IMG/VR virus record: IMGVR_UViG_3300010352_001202
DNA: 64,000 nucleotides
Source: a virus
Taxonomy: Duplodnaviria > Caudoviricetes
Strand: one strand, 5' to 3'
The notes beneath the pieces are model-generated. The model did not search any database. It had not been told where the DNA came from and was given only the letters and a program-made list of their open reading frames with translations. Positions 18,668 to 29,533 of this stretch are shown here, piece after piece. The position numbers were made by a program, and so were the translations under genes. How positions within the stretch are numbered: the stretch's first letter is position 1; each line of letters starts with the position of its first letter.

Positions 18668-19792
18668 ATGGCAATAGTAGGACAAAATGCACTGTTAAAC
18701 CAGTACATGCCCACCTTTTTTATTAAGGACCTTAGGGACGGTCAAACAGTTCGTTATGACTCTGTTAGAAAAGCATTTGTTAATGCAGAAGGTGGTGGCG
18801 GTGGTGGTGTTGATAGACTAGGCGAATTACTTGATGTTTCAGATTCAGTTGATAACCCGCTAAGTCTACAAAATGGCCAGGCTCTTGTTTACAATTCATT
18901 TACAAGTCTATGGGAAAATAAATTCATAGACTATAATACATTATTGAATAAACCAACAGTTGGTTCGGGTTCAGTAACAAGCGTTTCTGTTGTAACAGCA
19001 AACGGAGTGTCTGGTGTAGTTGCTAATCCAACCACAACACCTGCAATTACACTTACCTTAGGAAATATTACACCTTTAAGTGTTCACGCAACAGGTACTG
19101 TTCTAGGTTCAAATTTAAGTGGAACAAATACCGGGGACCAAACAATTATTCTTACCGGTGATGTCACTGGTTCTGGCACAGCAAGTTTTCCTACAACGCT
19201 ATCTGCAACAGGTGTTACAGCAGGCACATATGGAACAAGCACAACAGTTCCTAGAATTACAGTAGATACGAAGGGTAGAATCACAGCGGTAACAAATGTC
19301 CCAATTTCAGAATCTGGATTAGGTACAGTCACTTCTGTTTCTGCAAATGGAACACAAGGTGTTACAACTTTAGTTACAAATGCTACCACTACGCCAAATA
19401 TTACAGTCGGCTTAGGTAATATTACTCCTACTTCTGTAGCAGCAACAGGCACCGTAAGCGGTTCTAATTTATCCGGTACAAATACAGGCGATCAGACCAT
19501 TGTACTTAGTGGTGACGCAACAGGTTCGGGAACTGGAGCATTAACATTAACACTTAATACAGTGAACTTGACACCGGGTGTTTATGGTGATGATCACTTC
19601 GTACCGACAATAACTGTTAATAATAAGGGTTTGGTAACTTCGATAACTACACAGCATGTCGACACAACTGTTCGTGATTTAGTTCCAGAAACAGAAACAT
19701 TTGTAGTTGCACCAAGGCACCAATATATAGTAACCGGAGTTCTTGAAGTAGACGGTTATATGATCAACAACGGAGTTATAGCTATATTATGA
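18668..19792 (+). CDS. tail fibre-like repeat protein
   Basis: Internal ~120-aa duplication (TNTGDQTI.L.GD.TGSGT; ITV..KG). Confidence 0.8.
   Translation: MAIVGQNALLNQYMPTFFIKDLRDGQTVRYDSVRKAFVNAEGGGGGGVDRLGELLDVSDSVDNPLSLQNGQALVYNSFTSLWENKFIDYNTLLNKPTVGSGSVTSVSVVTANGVSGVVANPTTTPAITLTLGNITPLSVHATGTVLGSNLSGTNTGDQTIILTGDVTGSGTASFPTTLSATGVTAGTYGTSTTVPRITVDTKGRITAVTNVPISESGLGTVTSVSANGTQGVTTLVTNATTTPNITVGLGNITPTSVAATGTVSGSNLSGTNTGDQTIVLSGDATGSGTGALTLTLNTVNLTPGVYGDDHFVPTITVNNKGLVTSITTQHVDTTVRDLVPETETFVVAPRHQYIVTGVLEVDGYMINNGVIAIL
18983..19053 (+). repeat. 71-nt module repeated at 19957-20027
   Basis: Both copies encode VSVVTANGVSGVVANPTTTPAIT and differ at synonymous sites. Confidence 0.8.
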
Positions 19793-21405
19793 GCACACCA
19801 GCAAGAATTTTAATGGTCGAGGGAGATACCGTTCCTCCAGCACCGACGAACGGACAAATTCTGTTCTATGCTAAAACAAGCGGTACATTCTATTCGTTGA
19901 ACTCGTCGGGAGTTGAAACACCTTTAGGCGGTGGCGGCGGTGGCGGAGTTTCCTCTGTTTCTGTTGTAACAGCAAACGGTGTCTCTGGCGTGGTTGCTAA
20001 CCCGACTACAACACCTGCAATTACACTAACTCTTGGTGCAATTACACCAACAAGTGTAGCAGCAACAGGCACTGTAACAGGTAGCAATTTCAGCGGATCG
20101 AGTTCGGGTACAAATACCGGCGATCAAACAATTACATTGACAGGCGATGTTACCGGTTCGGGAACAAGTTCGTTTGCAACAGCATTATCAGCAACAGGTG
20201 TAATTGCTGGTTCGTACACCAATGCAAATATTACAGTTGATTCAAAAGGTAGAATTACTTCAGCAAGTAACGGTGCAGCAAGTGGTGTTTCTTCCTTTAA
20301 TACAAGAACAGGTGCAGTTACCCTAACAAGCGGTGATGTAACAACAGCATTAGGATTTACACCGGGGCAAGGAACAGTAACATCTGTTACCGGTTCGGGT
20401 GGTACAACTGGATTGACACTAAACGGTGGTCCAATTACAGGTTCTGGAACACTTACTCTAGGTGGGACATTAATTGCAGCAAACGGCGGTACTGGTATTT
20501 CGACATATGCAGTCGGTGATATTCTATTTGCCAGCACAACATCAGCACTTTCAAGATTAGCAGATGTAGCAACAGGAAATGCATTAATTTCCGGTGGTAC
20601 AAACACAGCACCAAGTTGGGGTAAGATTGGACTAACAACTCATGTTAGCGGAACATTACCTATTGCCAACGGTGGTACCGGAGCAACAACTCAGGCTGGT
20701 GCAGCAAATGCAGTTCTTCCAACACAGTCTGGCAATAACGGCAAATTCCTAACTACTGATGGTACAAATGTTTCTTGGGCAACCGTAGGCGGTGGTTCGG
20801 GAACAGTAACATCTGTTTCTGCAACAGGTTCGTCGGATATTTCAGTTGGTGGCTCACCAATTACAACTTCCGGAACATTAACATTTGCATTGACAACAAC
20901 AGGTGTAACAGCAGCCACATACGGTAGTGCAACTCAAGTTCCTGTATTTACAGTAGATTCCCGTGGTAGAATTTCAAATGTTACAAATACCACAATTACA
21001 GGTGGCTCAAACACACCAGAAATCGTTGTATTTCACTATAGTGCGGGCGGCGCAGGAACATTTACGCCAGTTGATGCAATCTTTTCGCAGACATCTGGTG
21101 TTACAGCAACAGTAACAGATGGCGCAAACTGTATTGCAACATATGCATTTACTGGTAAATCTAATCCACCAAAGTCCATTACAACTTATGGACAGAATTT
21201 TGCAGCTAACACATTCAACATTAAAGATACCACAAGTTTACCATCGGCAAGTATCGTTGGTGGTGGTACATCTGCTTCGCCAGATCTTGCTAATGGAATT
21301 TTTAGTGCAACCAATGTAGTAACATTGCAAACAAGAATGTCAGACACAGGAGCATCGTCAACAGTCGGCAATAGAGCCTGGTTAATTGTTGTTTTTGGAT
21401 TCTAA
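19789..21405 (+). CDS. tail fibre-like repeat protein
   Basis: G/T/S-rich; VSSFNTRTGAVTL, GTVTSV, LPIANGGTG motifs. Confidence 0.8.
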   Translation: MSTPARILMVEGDTVPPAPTNGQILFYAKTSGTFYSLNSSGVETPLGGGGGGGVSSVSVVTANGVSGVVANPTTTPAITLTLGAITPTSVAATGTVTGSNFSGSSSGTNTGDQTITLTGDVTGSGTSSFATALSATGVIAGSYTNANITVDSKGRITSASNGAASGVSSFNTRTGAVTLTSGDVTTALGFTPGQGTVTSVTGSGGTTGLTLNGGPITGSGTLTLGGTLIAANGGTGISTYAVGDILFASTTSALSRLADVATGNALISGGTNTAPSWGKIGLTTHVSGTLPIANGGTGATTQAGAANAVLPTQSGNNGKFLTTDGTNVSWATVGGGSGTVTSVSATGSSDISVGGSPITTSGTLTFALTTTGVTAATYGSATQVPVFTVDSRGRISNVTNTTITGGSNTPEIVVFHYSAGGAGTFTPVDAIFSQTSGVTATVTDGANCIATYAFTGKSNPPKSITTYGQNFAANTFNIKDTTSLPSASIVGGGTSASPDLANGIFSATNVVTLQTRMSDTGASSTVGNRAWLIVVFGF

Positions 21406-21408
21406 TAA

Positions 21409-23442
21409 ATGGCTTTTCTAAATATACCACTAAAATCAATTCAGGTTAGTATCAACACGGTTGTTGGTACTGAAACCATGCCTTGGTATAATCCTTTAAG
21501 TTTCCCAATTGGTCCCGGCGATCCTATGCCTGCACCTATTCAGAAAGATTTTAGATGGCGTGTGGTTATGAATGTTTCTAATCAAGAACAAAGTTCATAT
21601 ATCACAAGAGATCCGGGAACATACAATGGACAGGATATTACTGTTGGGCAATGGATTGCTAATTTAACAACAGGTCAGGCCTGGCAGATTATTTTAATTG
21701 AATCTAAATCTACAACTTCTGTAACAGCTATTGTACAGGATATCTATAGATACAATACTTTTAGAGATCCTGCACAAGTTGGTAACGGTGGTCCTGCCAC
21801 AGGAACATATGTTGTATTCAACATAGGTGATGGCGGCCTGCCACAGATTGATCCTATTCCTCCTGCAGGTGCATCGGCACAATTTTCTCAAAATATTCAA
21901 AGTAGATTTGAATACATAAATTTACAATATGATTATCCGTTATATCAATCGGGTAATACTTTTGTTGTAAATGATACGATTGCAGCAGATTCGGACACAA
22001 ATCAATTTGTATTATCAGATTCAACAAACAGAATTGTTATTGGTAGAGTAACATCTATTTCTGATACAATATCCGGTTGGTTCACTATTAACCCTGTTCA
22101 GAAGATTGTCGATAATTTAGATTATCTCCCCGGTGGCGTTGGCGACATTATCTATTCATCTTTGACTGTTCCGGGCGGCATAACAACAACCCCCGGCGGT
22201 TCTCAACTTTATATTAAGTTAAGAAATAATACATCTTCTATTTCCCTTAGTACAGCACCTGGGCCAACAACAGCAGGCAATGTTTTTCAGCTCAACGGAG
22301 AAAATATTACCGTTGGTGGTGCAGGAACCGCAGCAAATGTTATTTCTGCAACAAATGCAGTTTCTGGAACAACAGGAGTATCGGCATTATCTGTTCTTTC
22401 AGCATCATCTGTGCAGACAAACAATGGATTAATTTCTCCTACATACGGTGAACCTGTTCTATGGGCATCGAGCTCACCGGCAACGGCAGTTATTAATGGA
22501 ACAACTGTAATATTTAACATTGTTTCAACTGATCCAGGATATGAAGATTATTCCAGACCTGCGCAGATGGCGCAGGCCATCAACAATGCAAACATTTCTA
22601 ATATTGTTGCATCTACTCCCAGCACGCTTGTATTAAAGATAACCAATACATCAGGGGGTAGTATTACCATAACAAACGGTTCGTCGGATGTTAATGGAGT
22701 TCCATTTGGTGGTGCAAATTCTGGATCTGGTTTAGCCCTTTTCACCCCAGCAAGTACATCGTATCAAATTCAATTTACTGCTGTGGATGCTCGTCCTATT
22801 AATTTCTTAGATGTTATCGGAACTACTGTAGACGACTTTGGTTTAATTTCAGTAGAAAATGGCGTTAAGGCGTGTGGTTTATACATCGAAGAAGGACTAA
22901 GAACAGCAACATCTACCGTTGTTACTAATCTCACACAACTGAATACACTTAGCCCATTAATTGGTGACCAAGCGTATGTTATCGATAGCGGCGATGCCCA
23001 AGGCAACAATGCTAATGAATGGAGTTTATGGTTATTTGATGGAACTAACTGGATTGAAACAAGCAATCAAGATAGTGCTTCAACTGATGCGAAATCTCTC
23101 GAATATACCGTTACAACGGCAAGTCCATCCTCGATAAATATCGGTGAAATAAGCACAGGAAGAAGAGTAACATTGATCACTGTCGAAGTAATGACTCCGT
23201 TTGATCAACCAGCAGCATTATCAATTGGCTATCAAGTCAATAATACCGTCCCGCCTCCGCCTGTCCCATCTGGATTAATGATTAGTGGACTAATAGATTT
23301 AACAGTTTCCGGTACTTATACAACCAGCACAGACATACTTTTCGGCACAGACACAGTACAAGGTGATGTAACTATAACAGCAGATTTTCAAAATAACGGT
23401 GCATCCACCGGTACTGCTCAAATTATAGTCTCTTATGTATAA
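21409..23442 (+). CDS. virion structural protein
   Basis: 677 aa, beta-rich, in structural operon. Confidence 0.75.
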   Translation: MAFLNIPLKSIQVSINTVVGTETMPWYNPLSFPIGPGDPMPAPIQKDFRWRVVMNVSNQEQSSYITRDPGTYNGQDITVGQWIANLTTGQAWQIILIESKSTTSVTAIVQDIYRYNTFRDPAQVGNGGPATGTYVVFNIGDGGLPQIDPIPPAGASAQFSQNIQSRFEYINLQYDYPLYQSGNTFVVNDTIAADSDTNQFVLSDSTNRIVIGRVTSISDTISGWFTINPVQKIVDNLDYLPGGVGDIIYSSLTVPGGITTTPGGSQLYIKLRNNTSSISLSTAPGPTTAGNVFQLNGENITVGGAGTAANVISATNAVSGTTGVSALSVLSASSVQTNNGLISPTYGEPVLWASSSPATAVINGTTVIFNIVSTDPGYEDYSRPAQMAQAINNANISNIVASTPSTLVLKITNTSGGSITITNGSSDVNGVPFGGANSGSGLALFTPASTSYQIQFTAVDARPINFLDVIGTTVDDFGLISVENGVKACGLYIEEGLRTATSTVVTNLTQLNTLSPLIGDQAYVIDSGDAQGNNANEWSLWLFDGTNWIETSNQDSASTDAKSLEYTVTTASPSSINIGEISTGRRVTLITVEVMTPFDQPAALSIGYQVNNTVPPPPVPSGLMISGLIDLTVSGTYTTSTDILFGTDTVQGDVTITADFQNNGASTGTAQIIVSYV

Positions 23443-23508
23443 AATAAAATCTTTTGGATAAATAAAGCGTAGAAGGCCAGTGCGGCCCGATAAATTAGGA
23501 GAAAAACA

Positions 23509-26500
23509 ATGTCAAATGTAAAGAATTTCGGTCTCATTGGCGTAGGTGCAGATCTACAATTTGGTAAGGCCGGTACACGCCTTGTCAACAATGCAGGCAC
23601 ATTCAATTTCAAGGCAGCAAACGGTTCGACCGATGCAGCTTTAACAGCAGCAGGAATTACATCCTCTGCAGGTAACGTAACACTTACCACAGGTGATTTA
23701 GTATTAACTGATACTGCCGGTGTTCTTACCGTTGGTACAGATACAACACTTAGCCGTGCTCAGGCAGGCGTCTTCCGTTTCAATGGAACAGCAGCCGTTG
23801 TTATGCCAGCAGGTACAACAGGACAAGAACCAGGAACACAAATTGCTGGTATGTTCCGTTATAACTCGACACTCGGTGCTATGGAATACTCAAACGGAAC
23901 ATCATGGTTCCCATTGAGTTCGTCTGCAGCATTACAAACAGAAATCGATAACATCGAAACTTCGTTAGGTGGCGCTATTGATTCATCGGGTAACTTTATT
24001 CCAGGTGGATTCACTGGTGCAGTTATCGGCACAGTAGCAAGCTTCACAGAAGCTATTCAGAATGTAGCTAACTATGCATTGTCGAAAGACACTCTAGATG
24101 AAATTTTCCTACAAACGGGTGCTGGAAAAGTAATCTATTCTAACGGTACAAGCTGGCAACAAGCACTCCCGGGTTCGACATCCGGTGTTCAGAAATGGGA
24201 TGCAGGTCTCGATAACCTTGCAGCACTCGCAGGAACAGGTATTGTTGTTGAAACAGCCGACGGTGTCTTCGCCAACCGTACTTTAGTAGCTCCGGCAGCC
24301 GGTATCACAATTACCGATGCCGACGGTGTAGCAGGAAATCCAACATTTGCTCTTGCTAATGACTTAGCAGCACTCGAAGGTCTTACAACAACTGGATATA
24401 TTGTTCGCACAGGTGACGGTACAGCAACAACACGCTCTATGAATGTTGTTTCGGGTGATTTAGTTATCACAGGCGATGCATCTGGTGTTTCTACAGATAC
24501 AACTTTCGGTCTTGCTACAGTTACTCAAGCAGCAACCGGAAACTTTGTTAAGGTCACACTCGATACCAAGGGCCGCGTAACTGGTAATACACCGGTAGTC
24601 GCAGCAGACATTACAGCACTTGTAGATGCAACATATGTAAACGTAACCGGCGATACAATGACTGGTTCGTTGACAATGGCCACAGGTACTCACATCACTC
24701 TAACTGATGATCCTGTAAACCCAACAGACGCAGCAAACAAGAACTATGTTGATAACGCAGTTACTGGTCTAACATGGAAGACAGCCGTTCTAGCAGCAAC
24801 AACAACTAACGGAACTTTTGCTACAGCTTTCGCTAACGGCCAAGTTATCGACGGTGTTACACTTGCTACAAACGATCGTATCCTTATCAAGAACCAAACA
24901 GACCAAACACAAAACGGTATCTATATTGTTCAGGCTTCGGGTGCTCCAGTTCGTTCTTCGGATGCTAACACTGGTCCAGAACTTGACAGCGCGGCAGTTT
25001 TCGTTCAGACTGGTACAGCAAACGCTGATTCTGGATGGGTACAAGTAACATCCAATGTAACAATTGGTACTTCGAACATCGTATGGCAACAGTTCTCTGG
25101 TGCTGGTGCTTACACAAGCGGTGTTGGTATTGACATTACAGGTAACGTGATCAGTACAAGGCTTGGAGCAGGTATTGGTGAACTTCCAACAGGCGAAATT
25201 GGTGTTGATCTTTATGACCCAACAAACGGTGCAGTTATCCTTACAACAGATGGCACAACACCATCGACAGCAACCGGTGCTCAACTTTACTTGAAGCTTG
25301 ATGCTGCTGGTGCTCTAGCACAGACATCGTCTGGATTAAAGATTAACGCAAATTCTGTAACCAATGCTATGATTGTTAATGACACAATGGTTGTTAATGG
25401 TGATACAGGTTCGGGATCGTTGGCATTAGGTGGAACATTAGAAGTTAAGGGTACATCTACTCAGGGTATCGTTACATCTGTTAACGGAACAGGAACATTT
25501 ACCGTTACTGCTAGCAATGCTTCTTCTTCACAGAAGGGTGTCGCAACATTTGATGCTACTGAATTTACAGTAACAACAGGTAATGTTGTTCTTGGAACAG
25601 TTCCTATCGGCAAGCTATCTGCAAGTACAATTACATTTGCAGGTAACACAGGTACACCGGATGCAGTAGCTCTCGGTGAAACAGTTACAATCTCGAGTGC
25701 AGATTCTGCTATTACAACAACAGCAGGTGCAAACAGCATTTCAATTCAGCTTAACACGGTTGATGTTCCACACGGCGGTACTGGTGCAACATCGTTCACA
25801 GCTAACCAGATCCTATTCGGTAACGGTACATCGGCAATCCAGTCGGATGCAGGCTTAACATTCACACCTGGTTCACCAGTTGCCACATTGGCAATGGGTG
25901 GCGCTACTGGCTTAACATTGACAACCAATGCTACATCACATGATGTTACATTGACAGCAGCAGGTTCGAATGCTGATATCGTTCTTGTTCCAACTGGAAC
26001 AGGCTCGGTTGTTGTTGGCCCAGTTGGTGCTGGTTTAATCCAGTCGGATGCAGCTACAGCATTAACAGTTCGTGGTAACACAACATTGACACTTGAGTCC
26101 GGTACAGGCAGCACCACAATGGTTCTACCATCCGGCACAAGCAACAAGGTTACAGTTTCTGGCCCAACAGCAGCAGATTATGCTACTGGCTTGGCAGCAG
26201 CAGATCTCGTCAACAAGCAATATGTTGATGGTGCTATTGCTACCGGTGCTTCAGCTGGTTCTGTTAAGGCAGTTACAGCAACAGTTAGCTTGGCCTCCGC
26301 AGGAACAGTTAACGTTGGTGCAGCTCTCCCAGCAGGTGCAACAATCCTTTCTGTTAAGGTTAATGTTACAGCAGCTGACACAGCAACTGGTACACTCCAG
26401 ATTGGTAAGTCAGGTGGCGGTCAGTACATGGCTACAACAGAAAACGATACACAAACAACTGGTCTATACCTTGCAGAAACATATGTTGTTGAAGCAGGTT

Positions 26501-26586
26501 CTGTACAAGTACAGGCAACAGTTGGCGGCACACCAGGTGGTTCTGGTTCCGCACAAGTATTCGTTGAGTACAAGGTTGCAGGTTAA
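23509..26586 (+). CDS. large tail fibre / virion protein
   Basis: 1025 aa; DAANKNYVD, RILIKNQT..QNGIY and KGVATF fibre motifs; own late promoter 23458-23464 and AGGAG RBS. Confidence 0.85.
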   Translation: MSNVKNFGLIGVGADLQFGKAGTRLVNNAGTFNFKAANGSTDAALTAAGITSSAGNVTLTTGDLVLTDTAGVLTVGTDTTLSRAQAGVFRFNGTAAVVMPAGTTGQEPGTQIAGMFRYNSTLGAMEYSNGTSWFPLSSSAALQTEIDNIETSLGGAIDSSGNFIPGGFTGAVIGTVASFTEAIQNVANYALSKDTLDEIFLQTGAGKVIYSNGTSWQQALPGSTSGVQKWDAGLDNLAALAGTGIVVETADGVFANRTLVAPAAGITITDADGVAGNPTFALANDLAALEGLTTTGYIVRTGDGTATTRSMNVVSGDLVITGDASGVSTDTTFGLATVTQAATGNFVKVTLDTKGRVTGNTPVVAADITALVDATYVNVTGDTMTGSLTMATGTHITLTDDPVNPTDAANKNYVDNAVTGLTWKTAVLAATTTNGTFATAFANGQVIDGVTLATNDRILIKNQTDQTQNGIYIVQASGAPVRSSDANTGPELDSAAVFVQTGTANADSGWVQVTSNVTIGTSNIVWQQFSGAGAYTSGVGIDITGNVISTRLGAGIGELPTGEIGVDLYDPTNGAVILTTDGTTPSTATGAQLYLKLDAAGALAQTSSGLKINANSVTNAMIVNDTMVVNGDTGSGSLALGGTLEVKGTSTQGIVTSVNGTGTFTVTASNASSSQKGVATFDATEFTVTTGNVVLGTVPIGKLSASTITFAGNTGTPDAVALGETVTISSADSAITTTAGANSISIQLNTVDVPHGGTGATSFTANQILFGNGTSAIQSDAGLTFTPGSPVATLAMGGATGLTLTTNATSHDVTLTAAGSNADIVLVPTGTGSVVVGPVGAGLIQSDAATALTVRGNTTLTLESGTGSTTMVLPSGTSNKVTVSGPTAADYATGLAAADLVNKQYVDGAIATGASAGSVKAVTATVSLASAGTVNVGAALPAGATILSVKVNVTAADTATGTLQIGKSGGGQYMATTENDTQTTGLYLAETYVVEAGSVQVQATVGGTPGGSGSAQVFVEYKVAG

Positions 26587-26610
26587 TAGTTTCTAACTAA
26601 CCTAAAATCC

Positions 26611-26637
26611 AAAGCCCCTCCCCGGAGGGGCTTTTTT
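26611..26637 (+). terminator. intrinsic terminator
   Basis: AAAGCCCCTCC-CC-GGAGGGGCTTT then T-run. Confidence 0.88.
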
Positions 26638-26679
26638 ACGGCTATTTCGTATAAATATAGGTATATTAGGAGATTTCCA

Positions 26680-26973
26680 ATGTTTAGAGAACTTTGCAGA
26701 CTCTGTAGAGAGTCATTACAGGATAATGCTACTGGCAGATATTCACATGCCCGCGTTATTGCTATGTTGGTTGCATTCGCTGCGACTATTTTTATGTGGA
26801 AACTTATACTGCTAGGTGGTATGAGTTTGGATTATTTTGTTGCGTATCTTGCATACGGAACTGGCCACCAAACACTTAATAAGTTTTTAGAAACAAGAGA
26901 CAAGGCCCGACCTGTTGCTGTACCACCTGCTAAGGAAGAGGAAGATCCTCCACCAAAGCCTCCAAAGCCATGA
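26680..26973 (+). CDS. holin-like small membrane protein
   Basis: Two hydrophobic segments, charged Pro-rich tail, TATAAATA at 26650-26657 and AGGAG RBS. Confidence 0.6.
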   Translation: MFRELCRLCRESLQDNATGRYSHARVIAMLVAFAATIFMWKLILLGGMSLDYFVAYLAYGTGHQTLNKFLETRDKARPVAVPPAKEEEDPPPKPPKP

Positions 26974-27009
26974 TTTGACATTCAAATGTAACTATGTTAC
27001 TCTATAAAA

Positions 27010-27558
27010 ATGACGAGTATTGTTTTTACATTTGGCCGAATGAATCCTCCAACAAAGGGGCATGAACGGTTAGTAAAGAAGGTAGTAGAAACTGCCAAAA
27101 AAATCGGTGGAGACCATGCAGTGTATCTGTCACATACACATAGGGCACCCACCGATCCTCTTGAGTGGAATTTCAAGCGCCGTGTTTGCGAGAATGCATT
27201 CAAAGGTGTAAATATATCGAAAGATGAATCAATCCGAAATCCCTTTATTGCACTCGAGTCTTTTATAGGCAAGTACGATCGTGCTATCTTTGTTGTTGGT
27301 AGCGATCAATTACCTGAATTTACACAAAGAATGTTACCTTACGGCCCGTTGTGGGGTATAGATTTAGAGATTATATCTGCCGGTGAAAGATTGGCTGAAT
27401 CGCGTGGCATAGCAGGTATGAGTAGTACCAAAATGCGCCAATATGCATTAGAAAATAACAAGGAAAAGTTCTATGAAGGACTTGCTGGTAATCTAAGTGC
27501 ATCACTAAAGAAGCTTGTCTTATCTAATACCCAAAAAGGTATGAAAAAGCCTAAATAG
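27010..27558 (+). CDS. cytidylyltransferase-like (HIGH nucleotidyltransferase fold) protein
   Basis: FGRMNPPTKGH and MSSTKMR motifs; TTGACA-17-TACTCT upstream. Confidence 0.8.
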   Translation: MTSIVFTFGRMNPPTKGHERLVKKVVETAKKIGGDHAVYLSHTHRAPTDPLEWNFKRRVCENAFKGVNISKDESIRNPFIALESFIGKYDRAIFVVGSDQLPEFTQRMLPYGPLWGIDLEIISAGERLAESRGIAGMSSTKMRQYALENNKEKFYEGLAGNLSASLKKLVLSNTQKGMKKPK

Positions 27559-27883
27559 GATATTTAGTGTGAGTCTTTTTCTTTCCAAATAATTTTTTAA
27601 TTCTATCTTGATTTATTTGTAAATCAGATTTTGTTTCTTTTGATAACACCGACTCGAAAAAATATGCTGATTTCTTATCGAAAAATTCAGCAACGATATA
27701 ATGATCAAAATTATCAAAGTTTTCTTTTACATACGCATTTGATGTAAAATATATTTTTCCAAAATCCTCAGATGACGGTAGATAGTTTTTATATCTATAA
27801 CCGATATAAAATCTTCCTGTATTCTTTTCAATGCACATATAAACATATGGCATCTTTTTTGTAGATTTTTCAAAAATTAACAT
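27551..27883 (-). CDS. small GIY-YIG-like protein, paralogue of 6827-7321
   Basis: PYVY.C..K.T.RFYIGYR...DFG..YFTS shared with 6827 protein. Confidence 0.7.
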   Translation of the reverse strand: MLIFEKSTKKMPYVYMCIEKNTGRFYIGYRYKNYLPSSEDFGKIYFTSNAYVKENFDNFDHYIVAEFFDKKSAYFFESVLSKETKSDLQINQDRIKKLFGKKKTHTKYPI

Positions 27884-28005
27884 CTAATATTTACCGATAA
27901 AATTGTGCGGTCGCAGCAATTCTGATAAATAAGTTACACTACAAAAACTATGCTCATGGTGAGATAGTTCAATCAGTGGCTTAACTGCACTAAGGAAATA
28001 ATATC

Positions 28006-28368
28006 ATGTTTACAACATCAACACCACAAGAATTTTTCAACTTAACCCAAGACTACCTAAAGCTCTTTCCAAAGAATGAGCACGATGTAAGAGAAGTAGC
28101 AAGCAAGGTTAAGGGAGTTTACATTTCTGAGACAAAGAAAGCACTCGAAATGCTAAAGACTTATAACAAGGCAACATCGGGAGATGCTTCCCCTAATGAA
28201 ATTGCTTCTGCAAATAAGCTAGCACAGGAACTAATGGTAACAGCACGATTTGCTGCATTCATGGCAATTCCTGGATCTATTTTTGCATTGCCAGTTGTTT
28301 CAAAGGTATCGAAGGAATTTGGCGTAGACTTTGTACCACAAAGCGTAGCTAAGGAATTCAACCTTTAA
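28006..28368 (+). CDS. hypothetical protein
   Basis: AAGGA RBS, ATAAATA at 27925-27931. Confidence 0.75.
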   Translation: MFTTSTPQEFFNLTQDYLKLFPKNEHDVREVASKVKGVYISETKKALEMLKTYNKATSGDASPNEIASANKLAQELMVTARFAAFMAIPGSIFALPVVSKVSKEFGVDFVPQSVAKEFNL

Positions 28369-28385
28369 TTTATTGATGCATTTAT

Positions 28386-28408
28386 AAAAGGGCCTTCGGG
28401 CCCTTTTT
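28386..28408 (+). terminator. intrinsic terminator
   Basis: AAAAGGGCC-TTCG-GGCCCTTTTT. Confidence 0.88.
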
Positions 28409-28425
28409 CAATAAATATGTACATT

Positions 28426-28932
28426 ATGCAAAATTTACCAAAATCTAAAGAAGAAGCACTATTGCAAAATTCAAATCTTTATTTTACCGGAATTCCATGC
28501 TGCAGAGGACATATATGCGAGCGCAGAACATCGACCAATAAATGTATTTTGTGTGCTAAGGAAATAGGATTAAAATTCACATTAAAAAATAAAGATAGAG
28601 TAGCACAATATCATATCGATAGGAAAAAAGAAAATCCAAAACAATACCTATTGCATGGCGCCAGAGTGCGATCAAGAAAATATAATATACCCTTCGCTAT
28701 TACATTAGATGATATTATAATTCCGGAATATTGCCCCATACTAAATATAAAACTAGAAATAAATACAGGTGGTTATAAAGACAATAGCCCGAGCCTTGAT
28801 AGAACTATACCAGAACTTGGATATATTCCTGGTAATGTAATGGTTATCTCAATGAGAGCAAACATGATTAAGAATAATGCCACCGTTGAAGAACTTGGAA
28901 AAATTTATCACTATCTTTTATCAATAAAATAA
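28426..28932 (+). CDS. HNH-like (His-Me finger) endonuclease
   Basis: C..GH...R...C..C N-terminus; CPIL...SPSLDR...GY.PGNV.VIS..AN..KN. Confidence 0.75.
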   Translation: MQNLPKSKEEALLQNSNLYFTGIPCCRGHICERRTSTNKCILCAKEIGLKFTLKNKDRVAQYHIDRKKENPKQYLLHGARVRSRKYNIPFAITLDDIIIPEYCPILNIKLEINTGGYKDNSPSLDRTIPELGYIPGNVMVISMRANMIKNNATVEELGKIYHYLLSIK

Positions 28933-28955
28933 AGATTTTTTAGATAAATAGTAAT

Positions 28956-29528
28956 ATGAGAATAATTGAAATTCTATTACCGAAGGGCATTGACAGAAGT
29001 TTATCACCGCAGACTGTGCGTAAGATAGATAATCTCCAGACACGCATGGACAAATATGTTGATGCTATCCTTGATCCTTCGACCACACCCAACGGTAGAG
29101 AATTTCTAAAAACACGCCTACGCGACGATTATTATGAACTTAGAAGCATTATGCCTCATATTCATAAAGTTGCAGAAGCAGTTCATAAACTTCCATTATC
29201 TAATGAAGATTTTGATTTGATAAAGGAAGTAATGAGCAGGCCAATTCCTGCTGCTATTGCACCTATCTATATTTCCGAGATTATCGATGATGACGAATTC
29301 AACGGCATCTTACTAGAACTAGAAGATTCCGATCCAAACCTAGACGTTCGCCCGCTCATTGTAGAATGGTTCAACCGCGTAATGCCAGACCAAATGTATC
29401 GTTTCGCCGATAATCAAGATGGCGAAAATCAAAAGAAAGGACTCCTATCCCCGATACACGGATATGATCCTCATATGTATAAGGGCGCCAACGACCCACT
29501 AACGGGTAACGCATTCGGCCGCCGCTGA
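28956..29528 (+). CDS. hypothetical protein
   Basis: 190 aa; ATAAATA 28944-28950 five nt before ATG. Confidence 0.75.
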   Translation: MRIIEILLPKGIDRSLSPQTVRKIDNLQTRMDKYVDAILDPSTTPNGREFLKTRLRDDYYELRSIMPHIHKVAEAVHKLPLSNEDFDLIKEVMSRPIPAAIAPIYISEIIDDDEFNGILLELEDSDPNLDVRPLIVEWFNRVMPDQMYRFADNQDGENQKKGLLSPIHGYDPHMYKGANDPLTGNAFGRR

Positions 29529-29533
29529 AACTT

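Noticed and set aside
18668-21405. Repeats as a CRISPR array or DGR template/variable pair
   Set aside because: The repeats are in-frame protein modules differing at synonymous sites, not regularly spaced and not adenine-specific; no reverse transcriptase or cas gene in the window.
16845-26381. Many Val/Pro/Ala-rich antisense ORFs in the fibre genes
   Set aside because: Mirror of Thr/Gly/Ala-rich sense codons.
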